A DNA stretch of 39,455 nt from a virus (taxonomy: Duplodnaviria; Caudoviricetes). The notes beneath the pieces are model-generated. The model saw only the letters and a program-made list of their open reading frames with translations, searched no databases and was not told where the DNA came from. The stretch lies in IMG/VR virus record IMGVR_UViG_3300035492_000055, positions 1-39,455 of that record. One strand, 5' to 3'. Below, one piece after another: positions 13,911 through 24,416 of this stretch. The translations under genes were made by a program, and so were the position numbers. The first letter of the stretch is position 1, and each line of letters starts with the position of its first letter.

Positions 13911-16900
13911 TTAGTACTGGCGGGGAAGCTCACCGATTACCGCGTTGATGCCGTTGCGGATACCGATGGCGTTCTGGAAGGGGATTAGGGAAATGGCGTT
14001 TCGGACATTCTGTTGGTTGAGGTCTTCTTCACCTCGGGCGACTGCTGAGAGGTCGACAAGGAGCTGAGAAGCTCGCATTGCGTAGTCGTAGGAAGGTGTG
14101 CCGGTGATGAGATTGGACTGCAGACCTGACGCACGGGTATCGAACAGAGGGTCGTACCCCAAGACAGGGGCTGCTGAGTCAATAACACCGGGGAAGATGG
14201 TTGAGATGCTGGAACGCTGGAACGCACCAAAAGCAATCTTGTCGGTGGCCAGCATGCGCTCCAGGTACTTCTCGCGGTCATCACGACCGACAGAAGAGAT
14301 GCCTACCCAGGCCATATAACTCAAGGAGCCTGCAAGCATGGAGTTGAAGAACATCATGTAGGACACGCGGTCTGCATGTTTGACGTTGTTCAGTACCTGC
14401 TTGGTCCAGGATGAGAGCATGAAGCTCTTGAACTGGAACAGCAGCTTACCGATTCCGGTCTCAGCGAAGTGCATACTGCTGCCGAACCCGCCTTCCTGTA
14501 CCACTGAGTTGCCCCAGCGGCGCATCGCGTTACCGAACTTCGTGACGGTCTCAGGTGACCAGTTCTCAAGGTTCAGCTTGATGAGTTTCCCGGATTCGGA
14601 CCACTTGGCCCCACCCTTCTTCATCATCTCAGCCTTGATTGCCTTGAAGGTCTCATCGTCAATACCCAGCTCACGCAGGCGGGACTCGCTGAGTCGGTGA
14701 CGCTTTCCTGTGCGGGCGGCATCCAGGAAGGTCTGAGCCATGTTCTTGGAGGCGTAGGCATGGAGGACTTGGTTAATCCAGTTGAAGCCGGAGATGTCGG
14801 TGGTGATTTCATTCATCCGGTCCAGGACACGCTCGGTCTTCGCAAAGCCGCTGTGCTTGACCTCCCCTGCCGGTGTCCCGAACTCCTCCATACGTTGGTG
14901 GCTCCGGTGCAGCAGGCGGTAGTCTGCCCAGCCGCCCATGAGGCCGGATAGTTCCTCCAGAAGCTCATCATCGAACTGCCCATTAGCCAGACGACGGCGT
15001 AGTTTGGCCAGCTCGGGCATGTTACGCAGCATGGCTAAGAAGCCTGTGTGACTGGCGACAACACCAAACTCAGCCAACTGGGCCACCCCGACCATGTTCA
15101 TCAGGCGGGAGTAGTTCAGCTTCCGCAACAGACGTGCCAAGGTGTTCGGGAGGTCTCCCGGGTTCAGCTCTGCGACCGGGCGTCCAACTAGGTAGTCGTA
15201 TGACTTCTCCAGGTTCCGAATCTCACGCATCTGTTTGCTGCGTTCCTTCACACTGGTCGCCGGAATCCTCATCAGCTCTTCCCGGGCCTCCTCCAGGAGA
15301 CGCCGGAAGGTGTCTTCGCTGTCGATACCATGACGGGCCAGTGCTGCATGCCCAATCATCCGGTTCGCATAGCTCATAAAGAGCGTGTCGATGTTGTTCT
15401 CCAGCAGATCGGAGACCATAGCCTCGTCGATGTCCAGACGGTGCTTGAGGTTGCCTGTCTTGCCAGCGTCGGTGCCTTCAGTCAGGCGTTTGATGGAAGC
15501 GGCGATGTCGCGGGCTGAGGAGCTGTCGAGGCCATGCTCCCGCTCCAGGAAGTACTCCAGGTTGTCGCTGTGATTGCGGATTCCGCTGAGGTCCAGACCA
15601 CTCTGACGGGAACGGCGGGCAATCGCCATGATGTGACCGGCTACAGTGTCTGCAGCTTTGGCATCCAAACCTCGGATGGCTCGGGCAATCAAGCCACGAA
15701 CAGCGGCTTCACCGTTGCGGGCGACCATTGCGTCAATCTTCCCGGCACTCCAGACGCGGTTGACGTAGTCTTCCAGGCTGGCGTTCTCAGAGCCTTTAAC
15801 CGGGCGAGCAAGGTTGATTCCCTCCCCCTTTGCCGGGTCTCGGAGCATCTCAGCAATCTCGTCGTAGAGCCTGCGGACTTCTTGGGCCTGCTTGCGAACA
15901 GCCTCACTGGCGACTTCCTGCCCACGGAGGGCCATGGTCACCTGCTCAGCAAACTCATCAGCGGTCTGGGAGCCTCTGAACCAGCCTCTGCCCTGCTCCC
16001 TGCGGAACGCTTCAAGGTTGGCCTCACGGTTGCGGAGGTAGTCCTGCATCACTCGGCCATGGGTGCGCTGCTTCCAGAGTTCTGCAGACTCACCGACCAG
16101 ATCCCCTTTGGCAGCAGCTGGGTCTTCAAACAGCGCCCCTGACATTTTTCGGACCTTCTCAGAGGCAGACGAGAAGTTGTCTGAGGCGCGGTCGACACGA
16201 GCACCTGCAAAGGCTGTTCGGTGGTCCGGCCTGGAGGCGAAGAACTCAGCGTTCGTGGTCGCTGCAGGCTTCACGTTCCCGCTCTCGTCTGTCAGCCCCT
16301 TGAAGTTCGCAACACCGGTAGGACTCAGCTGCAGCCCTGCTTCCTGGATTTCCAAGGCTTTCAGCTGGCGTTGAACCTCGTTAAGCGGCGCATCCAGGTC
16401 TCGATGAGTGAAAGCGCCCAGAGCGCCGCCGAGGACGCCAGCACTGATGGTGCCGATGAGGGCATCCTTGGCGTCGTATTCGTCGCTCAACCCTGCAATG
16501 GCGGCTTCCACAGGCGCAGTAGCTGCCATGGTTGTGAGGCCAGATCGGATGGAGTTCCCGATACGACCGGCTTTGGTTGTGAAGATGATTGGAGCCAAAG
16601 CGCCTTCTGATGCTACAGCAATGGCCCACGCGGTCGGGTCCAACACTTCGGCACCGATCTTCAAGGCAATACCTGGGACCATACCCTTGGAGTACAGCTT
16701 CTCCTGCCCGTCCAGGATGGAACGGACACTGGCCTTGGCGGCTTCAAGCTGCCCTTGGCTCTGAATGTCTCGGGCGTTGAACATCCCCCAGAATTGCTCA
16801 GGAACCTCATCACGCACTTGGGTGTTGAAGACTTCCTCGTTGAACACGAAGTTGGGGTCAGGAGCCATCTCAGGACGCCCCGCTGCTTCAAACAGCAAGG

Positions 16901-17237
16901 GCGCAATCTGGGAACTGTCGATAGCCTCTGTAACTACCTCACCCCAGGAGTACTTCTCCTCAAGCTCAGTACGACGCTCTTCGATAGCCTTTTCGCGGGC
17001 CTCGGCGTCGTCTTGGGAGAAGATTTCAGGAGCGTAGAGATGGACAGGCTGGTTGGCGATGGGGCGGTAAGGGCTGGGGTTAGCGGAAGGTGTCGCTGAG
17101 CCTGTCGAAGAGGCTGTCGCGGGCTTCCTGGCGGGACTCCCGTTCTGAGGCAAGGCGCTCCCTGTACCACTCCCGGAAGTTCTCCCGGTCAGCGGGTCGG
17201 TCAGCGTTAGACTGCCGTTGTTGGTCAATTCGGACAT
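13911..17237 (-). CDS. Large internal virion (ejection) protein, gp16-like
   Basis: 1108 aa, helical, GKLLFQFKSF and LIPFQNA motifs, position before the fibre. Confidence 0.8.
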   Translation of the reverse strand: MSELTNNGSLTLTDPLTGRTSGSGTGSALPQNGSPARKPATASSTGSATPSANPSPYRPIANQPVHLYAPEIFSQDDAEAREKAIEERRTELEEKYSWGEVVTEAIDSSQIAPLLFEAAGRPEMAPDPNFVFNEEVFNTQVRDEVPEQFWGMFNARDIQSQGQLEAAKASVRSILDGQEKLYSKGMVPGIALKIGAEVLDPTAWAIAVASEGALAPIIFTTKAGRIGNSIRSGLTTMAATAPVEAAIAGLSDEYDAKDALIGTISAGVLGGALGAFTHRDLDAPLNEVQRQLKALEIQEAGLQLSPTGVANFKGLTDESGNVKPAATTNAEFFASRPDHRTAFAGARVDRASDNFSSASEKVRKMSGALFEDPAAAKGDLVGESAELWKQRTHGRVMQDYLRNREANLEAFRREQGRGWFRGSQTADEFAEQVTMALRGQEVASEAVRKQAQEVRRLYDEIAEMLRDPAKGEGINLARPVKGSENASLEDYVNRVWSAGKIDAMVARNGEAAVRGLIARAIRGLDAKAADTVAGHIMAIARRSRQSGLDLSGIRNHSDNLEYFLEREHGLDSSSARDIAASIKRLTEGTDAGKTGNLKHRLDIDEAMVSDLLENNIDTLFMSYANRMIGHAALARHGIDSEDTFRRLLEEAREELMRIPATSVKERSKQMREIRNLEKSYDYLVGRPVAELNPGDLPNTLARLLRKLNYSRLMNMVGVAQLAEFGVVASHTGFLAMLRNMPELAKLRRRLANGQFDDELLEELSGLMGGWADYRLLHRSHQRMEEFGTPAGEVKHSGFAKTERVLDRMNEITTDISGFNWINQVLHAYASKNMAQTFLDAARTGKRHRLSESRLRELGIDDETFKAIKAEMMKKGGAKWSESGKLIKLNLENWSPETVTKFGNAMRRWGNSVVQEGGFGSSMHFAETGIGKLLFQFKSFMLSSWTKQVLNNVKHADRVSYMMFFNSMLAGSLSYMAWVGISSVGRDDREKYLERMLATDKIAFGAFQRSSISTIFPGVIDSAAPVLGYDPLFDTRASGLQSNLITGTPSYDYAMRASQLLVDLSAVARGEEDLNQQNVRNAISLIPFQNAIGIRNGINAVIGELPRQY

Positions 17238-19029
17238 TTTCGATTCTCAAACCTTCAATAGAGGTGGAGCCGTCTGCCCCCTCTGCTTGATTGTTGAGGA
17301 GGTCCGGCAGGTAGTGTTGGTCGAGCATGGTGCCGTCGAGCGTCTGGTACAGAACGACGCCGTTATCGAGCACGTTTAGGCTGATGGTGGATGGGTCGAT
17401 TTCTTCGCTGGTTGCGTAGGCATTCACCGCCCACTCAACACGCTGCTTGAGTTGCTCATCAGTGACGCCATAGCTGCCTACCAAGGACTTGGGGATGACC
17501 CCGAAGTCGGTGCGAATCATGGCCCTGTCGTACTGGCTCACGACCCACTCAGCGGCCTCGTCGGCGTCGATTCCGGTGCTCTTCACCAGACGCATGGCAA
17601 GGTCTACGGCAACGCCTGAGAAGCGGTTCGGTTTGGAGAGGTCCATATCCAGCTTGGACGCTACAGCCTCCTTAATGGCCTTCGCTTCGTAGGGAGCGAT
17701 GTCGTTGTAAATGCTGGCAGGAGCCTCATACAGCATGTTGTAGGCTTCCACCTCAGACATGCCGAAGTGCTGAACCATTGTCTGGTACGCGATGAGGTCG
17801 TTCGCCTTCGCAGGGGGGAGTTGCTGAGCTGCGATACCCATGCCGTAGAGGACGCGCCCGTCGTTATCCATGAACTGCCGGAACGTGTCGGGGATTTCCT
17901 CGGGCCTGGTGACGGGGCCAGATCGGGCTACCATGGACTGGTCGAAGAGGTTCTCAACGACGTCATCACGGATACCCTGCTGGGTCAGCTTCGCGTAGAA
18001 CACCTGCGGTGGAACCATTTGTCGCAGCTGCCGCACATAAGCCTTCTTGTCGCTGGTGGACATCAGGGCAATATCCAGAGGGGAAGCGTTGAGAAGGTTG
18101 GTGAACCCTTGGGACTCCTTCGCGGCCTCTTCCAGACGCTTCTGCTGGCGGCGCATGGCGGATTGGAGCTGCTCTGCGGTGGCCAACCCTGCTTGCACGG
18201 CTTGAGTGCCATACTCCCAGGTCATTGCCCCCCGGTTGATACGGCCTTCCCAATCCTGCAGCACCTGAATCTGGGCGACTTCCTTCTCAACCGTGGTCGC
18301 CTTCATGGCCTCGGCGTGTTTCGCACGGAGCCACATACGGGTCTCGGCAGAGATGTTCTCGTCGTCCATGTAGGCTTCTGCCAGCAGCAGAGCGCGGTTC
18401 GGTGCCAGGGTGTTCTGGATGTCCCGGATGAGACCCTCAAACTTCTCCGGCGGGAGACGGAAGGACTCACTGTTCTGCAGCACATCGCCGTACTCACGGA
18501 GACCCTGAATGGCTGCTGCCCGGTCGGCCCCTTGGGTAACTGCTGCTTCCAGCTTGTCGACGACCCCAATGAGACCCTCGCTGCTGAGGCGCATGCGATT
18601 CTGCTCTTCCTGCTGGAAGCGCCGGGTGTCGATAGCGGAGGTCCACCAGCCATCGAGCTGAGTGCCTACACGCTGGAGGATGTCCGGGTCAGTGACTTCA
18701 CCCAGGTAGCGTTCACGCAGCTCTTCGTCCAGCTTCTGGCGGCGCTCCTCATCCTCATACAGGGACGGGTCGCTCTCCAGTGCCTGCTGGGCGGCAGTGA
18801 GGTATCCACGGCTACCAACGTCAGCGGTCAATGCCTGAGCGTCCCGGGCCTTCTCCCGCTTCTGCTGCCCGTACACACCGGCAGTGTCGACCAAGGCCGC
18901 AAGCCCTTTGGTGAAGTCATCAGCCCGGGGGTCTACCTGAGCGTTCAGCTGCGGCGCACGATAAGTCTGGGTCGGGCGGGCTGTTACTTGCCGCTGCACC
19001 CTCCCCATCTGAGGTATTTGTTGTCTCAT
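17080..19029 (-). CDS. Internal virion protein, gp15-like
   Basis: About 650 aa, helical; synteny; TGATG-coupled to gp14. Confidence 0.7.
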   Translation of the reverse strand: MRQQIPQMGRVQRQVTARPTQTYRAPQLNAQVDPRADDFTKGLAALVDTAGVYGQQKREKARDAQALTADVGSRGYLTAAQQALESDPSLYEDEERRQKLDEELRERYLGEVTDPDILQRVGTQLDGWWTSAIDTRRFQQEEQNRMRLSSEGLIGVVDKLEAAVTQGADRAAAIQGLREYGDVLQNSESFRLPPEKFEGLIRDIQNTLAPNRALLLAEAYMDDENISAETRMWLRAKHAEAMKATTVEKEVAQIQVLQDWEGRINRGAMTWEYGTQAVQAGLATAEQLQSAMRRQQKRLEEAAKESQGFTNLLNASPLDIALMSTSDKKAYVRQLRQMVPPQVFYAKLTQQGIRDDVVENLFDQSMVARSGPVTRPEEIPDTFRQFMDNDGRVLYGMGIAAQQLPPAKANDLIAYQTMVQHFGMSEVEAYNMLYEAPASIYNDIAPYEAKAIKEAVASKLDMDLSKPNRFSGVAVDLAMRLVKSTGIDADEAAEWVVSQYDRAMIRTDFGVIPKSLVGSYGVTDEQLKQRVEWAVNAYATSEEIDPSTISLNVLDNGVVLYQTLDGTMLDQHYLPDLLNNQAEGADGSTSIEGLRIENVRIDQQRQSNADRPADRENFREWYRERLASERESRQEARDSLFDRLSDTFR

Positions 19030-19622
19030 CACTTACCACTCTTGACTTTGATGTTACCGGCACCGCCCATCTTGCTAGTCCCACCGAAGGACGGCAGAGT
19101 CCCGCCAGCGCCCATATACGTCTGAGCACCTGCGGAGGCAATTTGGAGGCCAGCACCTAGTAACGAGTTACTGCCTTTGTAGGTTGTGTTCACCTGGGTT
19201 CCGGCCCAAGTACTGTTCTGCAGCGCCTTGCGGTCGGCTTCCCGTTGCTGCTGGGAGTCAGCCGCGTTGCGCTGCATGGTGGTGATGTTGTTGGCCCCTT
19301 GGCGGGCGATGTCAGCGAAGATCGAGTCGATGGACAGGCCAGAGACACCTGCTTCAGCTGAGGCTACCCGTTGGGTGGCGATGGCCTTGCGGGTCTCCAG
19401 CTGCTGGGCCAGGGTCTCGGTAGCGAGCTGCTCGTTCTCCTGGGCCTCCTGGAGGTTCAACTGGCGGTTCTGCAGCCGGTAGTTCTCCATGTTGGCCCGG
19501 TTGGCCATCTCGGCATTCATTTCGGCCACGTCATTCGCGTACTCGGCCTGATTACGCTGCTCCATGATGGATAGACCAGTCGCGGCCATAGAGGCAACGG
19601 TGAGTGATACTGGGTCACACAT
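19029..19622 (-). CDS. Internal virion protein, gp14-like
   Basis: MCDPVS start, ASAEAGVSGLSID motif, Gly-rich C-terminus. Confidence 0.8.
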   Translation of the reverse strand: MCDPVSLTVASMAATGLSIMEQRNQAEYANDVAEMNAEMANRANMENYRLQNRQLNLQEAQENEQLATETLAQQLETRKAIATQRVASAEAGVSGLSIDSIFADIARQGANNITTMQRNAADSQQQREADRKALQNSTWAGTQVNTTYKGSNSLLGAGLQIASAGAQTYMGAGGTLPSFGGTSKMGGAGNIKVKSGK

Positions 19623-20058
19623 AGGTGGTACTCATTGTGAATGGGTGGAACCGTCCCCGCGCGTGGTCCACAGGTGGATGAATGGTGAAGCCCAAGTGCT
19701 TGAGCCACCGGATGCTGCGGGCGTTATCGACGTGGACAAGATTGCCCAGCATCGAGTACTCACCCCGCCAGCGCGGGATGTACTCCAGGGGGTAGACACA
19801 GAGGGCTTTGCGGAGGCCAAAGAGTGCGTCACTACCAAGCAGCCATGGGACGCCCATGAAGCCTGCCTTTGCGATGCCGAACAGGGTCTCAACGACGCCG
19901 TCAACTTCAAAGGCATAAGCCTCCACGCTGGTAGTGACGCTCTCCTTGAGGATGCCAACGACATCGTCATGGCCTGCCGCGTAGAGTTCGTCTCGATCTG
20001 CTTGACGCAGCCGAGGGGCCAACGCGAGAGCGTCAGCCACAACTGCTTTACGAATCAT
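19615..20058 (-). CDS. gp13-like GNAT-fold protein
   Basis: LRQADRDEL, VPWLLGS, NLVHVDNARSIRWLKHLGF. Confidence 0.85.
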   Translation of the reverse strand: MIRKAVVADALALAPRLRQADRDELYAAGHDDVVGILKESVTTSVEAYAFEVDGVVETLFGIAKAGFMGVPWLLGSDALFGLRKALCVYPLEYIPRWRGEYSMLGNLVHVDNARSIRWLKHLGFTIHPPVDHARGRFHPFTMSTTYV

Positions 20059-22757
20059 CAGGTTCTCCTTGCACTCTGATGGAACTTGGCCTCCCACTCT
20101 GCTGCCATGAACGCACAGGGGTGGTGACCAACACTTTCGAGACCCAAGGTCAGGTACTTGGCCTCGGCCAGGAGTGGGAAACGGTAGGAGCCGCTGACAA
20201 GGGGTTGGCGACCGATGACATTGCCGGGTTCCCCTACGAGACGCCCGGTGAACTCGATGCGCTGCTCAGGGCGTCCTACGGTGTTGACCACGACGTTGAA
20301 GGCTTCGGTATCCAGATAGGAAATAGCCACGAAGCGCAGCATCAAGCGGCCATTGAGAGTCGCCACGCGGGTCTGACTGTCGGAGACGACGAAGCGGCTG
20401 AACTCGTAGTAGCTCCGGTACGGAACACCGATGATGATGTCCTGCAGAGCCACGCCGTTGTCGACCACTTCTGTCAGGCTGTCACCGCTGTAGCTGTAGC
20501 CGGAGATGTCCAGCGCCGTCAGATCGGATGCAGTCCATGGCAGCGCATCTCCTTGGTTTACGAACACCAGCCGGTCCATACAGACCTCACGCCCATAGCG
20601 GGCATCCAGAAGTCTGGCCGATGAGCTGACGTCGAGGGACTCCAGACTGAGTACACCATCCCGGCTGACGACCAGGACCAAGAGAGAGTCGATGAAGCTC
20701 ATACCGACGATGTCGCCGGAGAACTCCCACACACTCCAGCTGGACTGAATCTTCTCGTTGCCCTGCCAGTAGAACTTGTAGACGTAGAGGCTTCTAGGAC
20801 GCTCGTTCGTCTGCAGCATCACGATGTCCTCAGTGGAGGAGCCTACGATGTTGACTGCGGTCCCTGGGATGTACTCAGGAGCATGGCTCGAGATGTTGGC
20901 AGCGTCATTCAGCTGGGAGTCAGGGTCAACGAAGTACTCACGGATGTTCGTGAAGTCGCCCCTGGTGGTCGCAAAGTACACGTTCTTGCCCACACCAACT
21001 GGCTTGGCCAGCAGTGAAGAGTCGAAGCGTGTGGTGATGTCGATACTCACTGTCTCCTGGCTCAACACGTCGCCACCCCGGAGGATGAACTGGGTCTGGT
21101 CAGAGAACAGCAACAACTGCTCGTTGAACGGGATTGCCTGCCGGAGGATGGACACCTTCTCGCTGGTCGCTGCGACGTCGATAGGGTCTGATGGCAGCAG
21201 CTGCAGTACCGTGGTCGGGTAGAAGTTGAAGTACTCCCCAGCCTCACTGAAGATGACGTTCTCGTCACTCAGCAGCCCCAATCGGTTCTTGAAGAAGAAG
21301 ATGTCGTTGATGCGGCGACCAACGAAGCTGGGGTTGGCTGCAGTGTTCTCATCACCAGCAACACGCGGGGACCAGTCGAGAGCCTTGAAGGTGAACGTGC
21401 CGTCAGCCTCGGAGACCAGCGCGTGGGGCATGGTTACCGGGACCGGGCGTTCGTCCAGACCCTTCTTGCAGGACTCCTTCCAGGTGCCGGAGGTGGCCGT
21501 ACCGTCATCGCTCAGCTCTGAGTAGGTGACGTAGTAGTCGTCAGCCTCCAGGCCGTCCTGACCGGCCACCTTGATGGTGAACCCTTCACTGGCAACGGTA
21601 GGCAGATCGGTGAACGACTGAACGCGGTCCTTACAGGCAATCAAGGCGTCGCCGCCAAGGCTATCCTCGGTGGACAGCGTGAAGTCCCGGTCAGCGTTAG
21701 CCGCTCGGATGATGATGACACTACCCCGCTGCTGGAACGTCAGCTCTGGGATTGAAGCAGAGGTCAACTGGTTGAACAGGTTTGTGGCAATGGCAATGGT
21801 GCCGATGGTCTTCCTATCGGTTGTGCCTGTAGTCAGCGAGGCTTTGACTTGCCCATCAATGAGGATTTTGTAGTCGCTTCCGTAGTCGCCCTGCCGGACG
21901 TGTACCAAGGCTTCCTTGAACTCAGCCGGTGCGGTGTCTACCACAGCCCCCTCAGGGCTTTCGTAGCCGACAACACGTTCGGAAACAAGGGTGTTGATTA
22001 CCCCCTCCACCACCGGCCTGTAGAAGCAGGCGGTGTCCCGCATGTAATAGGAACCACGTCGGGTCCGCTCTTGAACCGCGAAAGCTGCTTCAGTATCACC
22101 AAGGGGTATCTCGATGGCAGAGGATGTTGCGATACACGGTCGATTTAGTTTCGTTGTCAGCTTCGATGCCACATACGCAGTGAAGCCGGAGACGCCTTCA
22201 GACACCGGGGTGATATACTCCACACCATCCACTTTCACGCCGTATTTAGGTGGGCAGCGGTTGTCGTTGTATGTACCAGGGCGGTCAAGCTCGCTCACCT
22301 GGATGACCTGAATCCTCTTTACGATAGGGACCAACTCCAGGTTGGCCGACGGGCTGCTAACCCTCGCAGTAACCCCCTTGTTCAACAAAAAGGTGTAGTC
22401 AGCCACGGTAACCGCCGAGAACGCCGTCTGGGGGTCAGCCGTGGTCAGGTAATTGGTGCCGTTAGGTTTGTTGACGGTCTTCTCGTTGCCTTCCAGGTCG
22501 AAGACACGAATGTCCCCCTGGTAGGCCAACACGACATACTTCTCAAAGCGGTCGCGGTTGATGACGTGGACAAACACGCCTGAATTGGGGCGCTGCAGGA
22601 GGTCAGCCAGATGCCGTGTCCCGGGGCGACGTCTCAGGCCATCCACGATGGACGACAGCATGTTGATCTGTTCTTCAGCCTGGGACGGGAGGCGAACTTC
22701 TGGAGACTGCTGCGACACCCCGTTGATGAGGTTTGGGATGCTTTTGCTGATGAGCAT
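20058..22757 (-). CDS. Tail nozzle protein (gp12-like)
   Basis: SIPNLINGVSQQ, PSFVG..INDIFFFKNRLGLL, DPID, QSSWSVW. Confidence 0.95.
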   Translation of the reverse strand: MLISKSIPNLINGVSQQSPEVRLPSQAEEQINMLSSIVDGLRRRPGTRHLADLLQRPNSGVFVHVINRDRFEKYVVLAYQGDIRVFDLEGNEKTVNKPNGTNYLTTADPQTAFSAVTVADYTFLLNKGVTARVSSPSANLELVPIVKRIQVIQVSELDRPGTYNDNRCPPKYGVKVDGVEYITPVSEGVSGFTAYVASKLTTKLNRPCIATSSAIEIPLGDTEAAFAVQERTRRGSYYMRDTACFYRPVVEGVINTLVSERVVGYESPEGAVVDTAPAEFKEALVHVRQGDYGSDYKILIDGQVKASLTTGTTDRKTIGTIAIATNLFNQLTSASIPELTFQQRGSVIIIRAANADRDFTLSTEDSLGGDALIACKDRVQSFTDLPTVASEGFTIKVAGQDGLEADDYYVTYSELSDDGTATSGTWKESCKKGLDERPVPVTMPHALVSEADGTFTFKALDWSPRVAGDENTAANPSFVGRRINDIFFFKNRLGLLSDENVIFSEAGEYFNFYPTTVLQLLPSDPIDVAATSEKVSILRQAIPFNEQLLLFSDQTQFILRGGDVLSQETVSIDITTRFDSSLLAKPVGVGKNVYFATTRGDFTNIREYFVDPDSQLNDAANISSHAPEYIPGTAVNIVGSSTEDIVMLQTNERPRSLYVYKFYWQGNEKIQSSWSVWEFSGDIVGMSFIDSLLVLVVSRDGVLSLESLDVSSSARLLDARYGREVCMDRLVFVNQGDALPWTASDLTALDISGYSYSGDSLTEVVDNGVALQDIIIGVPYRSYYEFSRFVVSDSQTRVATLNGRLMLRFVAISYLDTEAFNVVVNTVGRPEQRIEFTGRLVGEPGNVIGRQPLVSGSYRFPLLAEAKYLTLGLESVGHHPCAFMAAEWEAKFHQSARRT

Positions 22758-23323
22758 TACAAGAGGTCTCGGCTCAGGTCTTCGGCCAGCTCGTAGTTGT
22801 CGAAGATGTTGTAGTCAGCACCTTCGGTATTCATCTGCTCCAGGTAGGCCCGGGCTTCCTTCTCGTCGGGGTTCTGCATGTTGTACAGATTGGCGTCACC
22901 GAAGAAGTCAGCCTGGAAGAGGCGCTTGGCGCGGAACATGATGTACTGCTTGGCGGCTTCCGGCAGGTCGTCATAGTCGAGGTCGACGACGATGTCTGCC
23001 TTGACCGTCTTGTCGAAGGTGTAGGTGTGATTGCGCAGGTCATAGAGGCGACCACCACGGGTGGCCAGCTTCTCTCGCTGCAGGAGGTTGCCGTCGAACC
23101 GCAGGAGGTTCTCAGGGAGCCGGATGGTGCCTGTTGAGTCAGGGACCAATGGAAACGCCTGTTCAGTGTTGAAGAACCAGCCACGCTCAAGCACCTGACG
23201 CTTCACTGTCTCCAGTGTGTGCAGGGCGTTGTCGGCGGTCATAAAGCCGGGTTCCAACGTGAGTACACGCGCCTCCCCCACCCCGGCCAGGATGGTGTTT
23301 ACGGCGTCAAGTTTGGTGGTCAT
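22757..23323 (-). CDS. Tail adaptor protein (gp11-like)
   Basis: KLDAVNTILAGVGE, GWFFNTE, DDLPEAAKQYI. Confidence 0.93.
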   Translation of the reverse strand: MTTKLDAVNTILAGVGEARVLTLEPGFMTADNALHTLETVKRQVLERGWFFNTEQAFPLVPDSTGTIRLPENLLRFDGNLLQREKLATRGGRLYDLRNHTYTFDKTVKADIVVDLDYDDLPEAAKQYIMFRAKRLFQADFFGDANLYNMQNPDEKEARAYLEQMNTEGADYNIFDNYELAEDLSRDLL

Positions 23324-23335
23324 TTACTGAACTCG

Positions 23336-23370
23336 AAAAAATAGGGGAGACCGATTTCTCAGTCCCCCCT
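23336..23370 (-). terminator. T-phi-like terminator after capsid gene
   Basis: AGGGGGGACTGA-GAAA-TCGGTCTCCCCT then ATTTTTT. Confidence 0.85.
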
Positions 23371-23376
23371 TGGTGG

Positions 23377-24393
23377 TTAGGCAGCGTTGATGGTGATTGC
23401 GCAGGCCGGACGCAGGATGTTGTGACCCATGGCGTACTTGGCAACCAGCAGAGTGCCTTGACGCTCGATCTGGTATTCCATTTCGGTCGCCAGATCGAAC
23501 AGCTTCACGGTGGCAACCGCATCGCCAGTCATCACCAGACCCACGACCTTGCTGAAGTCGCCCTTGTACAGGTCCGGGCGGACTGCAGAGTTCGGGTCGT
23601 TGTCAGACAGGGTTACGGTCTGGTTGGTCGACGGCAGGTGGTTGCTCATGTGGATGGCCATACCGGCAACCATCGGAATCTGCGCGGAGGCAATGGAACC
23701 TACACCGCCGACATCCTTGTTCATGTAGAACAGCTTGGAAGTGTCAGTGGTGTTGAACAGGCTGTAGTACTGTTCCGGGCGCAGGATAACGAAGGGTTCG
23801 CCAGTGACGTCCTTCTTGTCGAACTCTTCACGGGCCTTGAACAGAGCCTGGACCAGCTTGTCGCCTTTCAGCTCATCACCAACAGCACCCAGGGTGACGT
23901 TGTCGGTGAAGCGTTCACCAGCAACCGGGTTCAGGCCAGCGGCTTCTGCAGCGGCTTCGCTGGTAATAGCAGCAGCCTTGACTGCGGTACGCAGGATGTT
24001 GCGGTCAGCCACATTGGCCAGGGCGTTCGCACACTCTTTGGTGTAGATCGAACGGACGTCGAAGTGGTTCATGGCCTCGTCGACGCGGTCAATGAATACC
24101 GGGCTGATGAGCAGCTCGTCGATGGACACACGACGCTTCGAGTGTGCCAGCTTGTCTGCTTGAATCAGTTCACCCGGAGTGTGGTACTTCGCACCAGTGG
24201 TGCCGACCATCGGGAACTCGTAGGAGCGACCCGACTTGATGGTCTTCACGCGGTGCTTGCCCATCATCAGGTTCTTCTCTTCAAACTGAGTCAGAACCTC
24301 ACCTGCGAACAGGTCCATGAAGAGTGCGCGCTGGTCACCGGAAGTGTTGCGCTGACCCAGGAAAGAGACGTTTTGATTGGTAGGAAATGCCAT
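23377..24393 (-). CDS. Major capsid protein (gp10-like)
   Basis: ALFMDLFAGEVL, TIKSGRS, HFDVRSIY, KYAMGHNILRP. Confidence 0.97.
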   Translation of the reverse strand: MAFPTNQNVSFLGQRNTSGDQRALFMDLFAGEVLTQFEEKNLMMGKHRVKTIKSGRSYEFPMVGTTGAKYHTPGELIQADKLAHSKRRVSIDELLISPVFIDRVDEAMNHFDVRSIYTKECANALANVADRNILRTAVKAAAITSEAAAEAAGLNPVAGERFTDNVTLGAVGDELKGDKLVQALFKAREEFDKKDVTGEPFVILRPEQYYSLFNTTDTSKLFYMNKDVGGVGSIASAQIPMVAGMAIHMSNHLPSTNQTVTLSDNDPNSAVRPDLYKGDFSKVVGLVMTGDAVATVKLFDLATEMEYQIERQGTLLVAKYAMGHNILRPACAITINAA

Positions 24394-24416
24394 TGAGAAT
24401 GTTCCTTGCGAACAAA

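Noticed and set aside
17767-19125. Long plus-strand ORFs (also 23422-24396, 37304-38422 and others)
   Set aside because: Antisense shadows of codon-biased minus-strand genes, with no motifs or RBS
23324-23400. T7 10B-like frameshift extension of capsid
   Set aside because: No slippery site seen; terminator and gp11 start follow within about 50 nt
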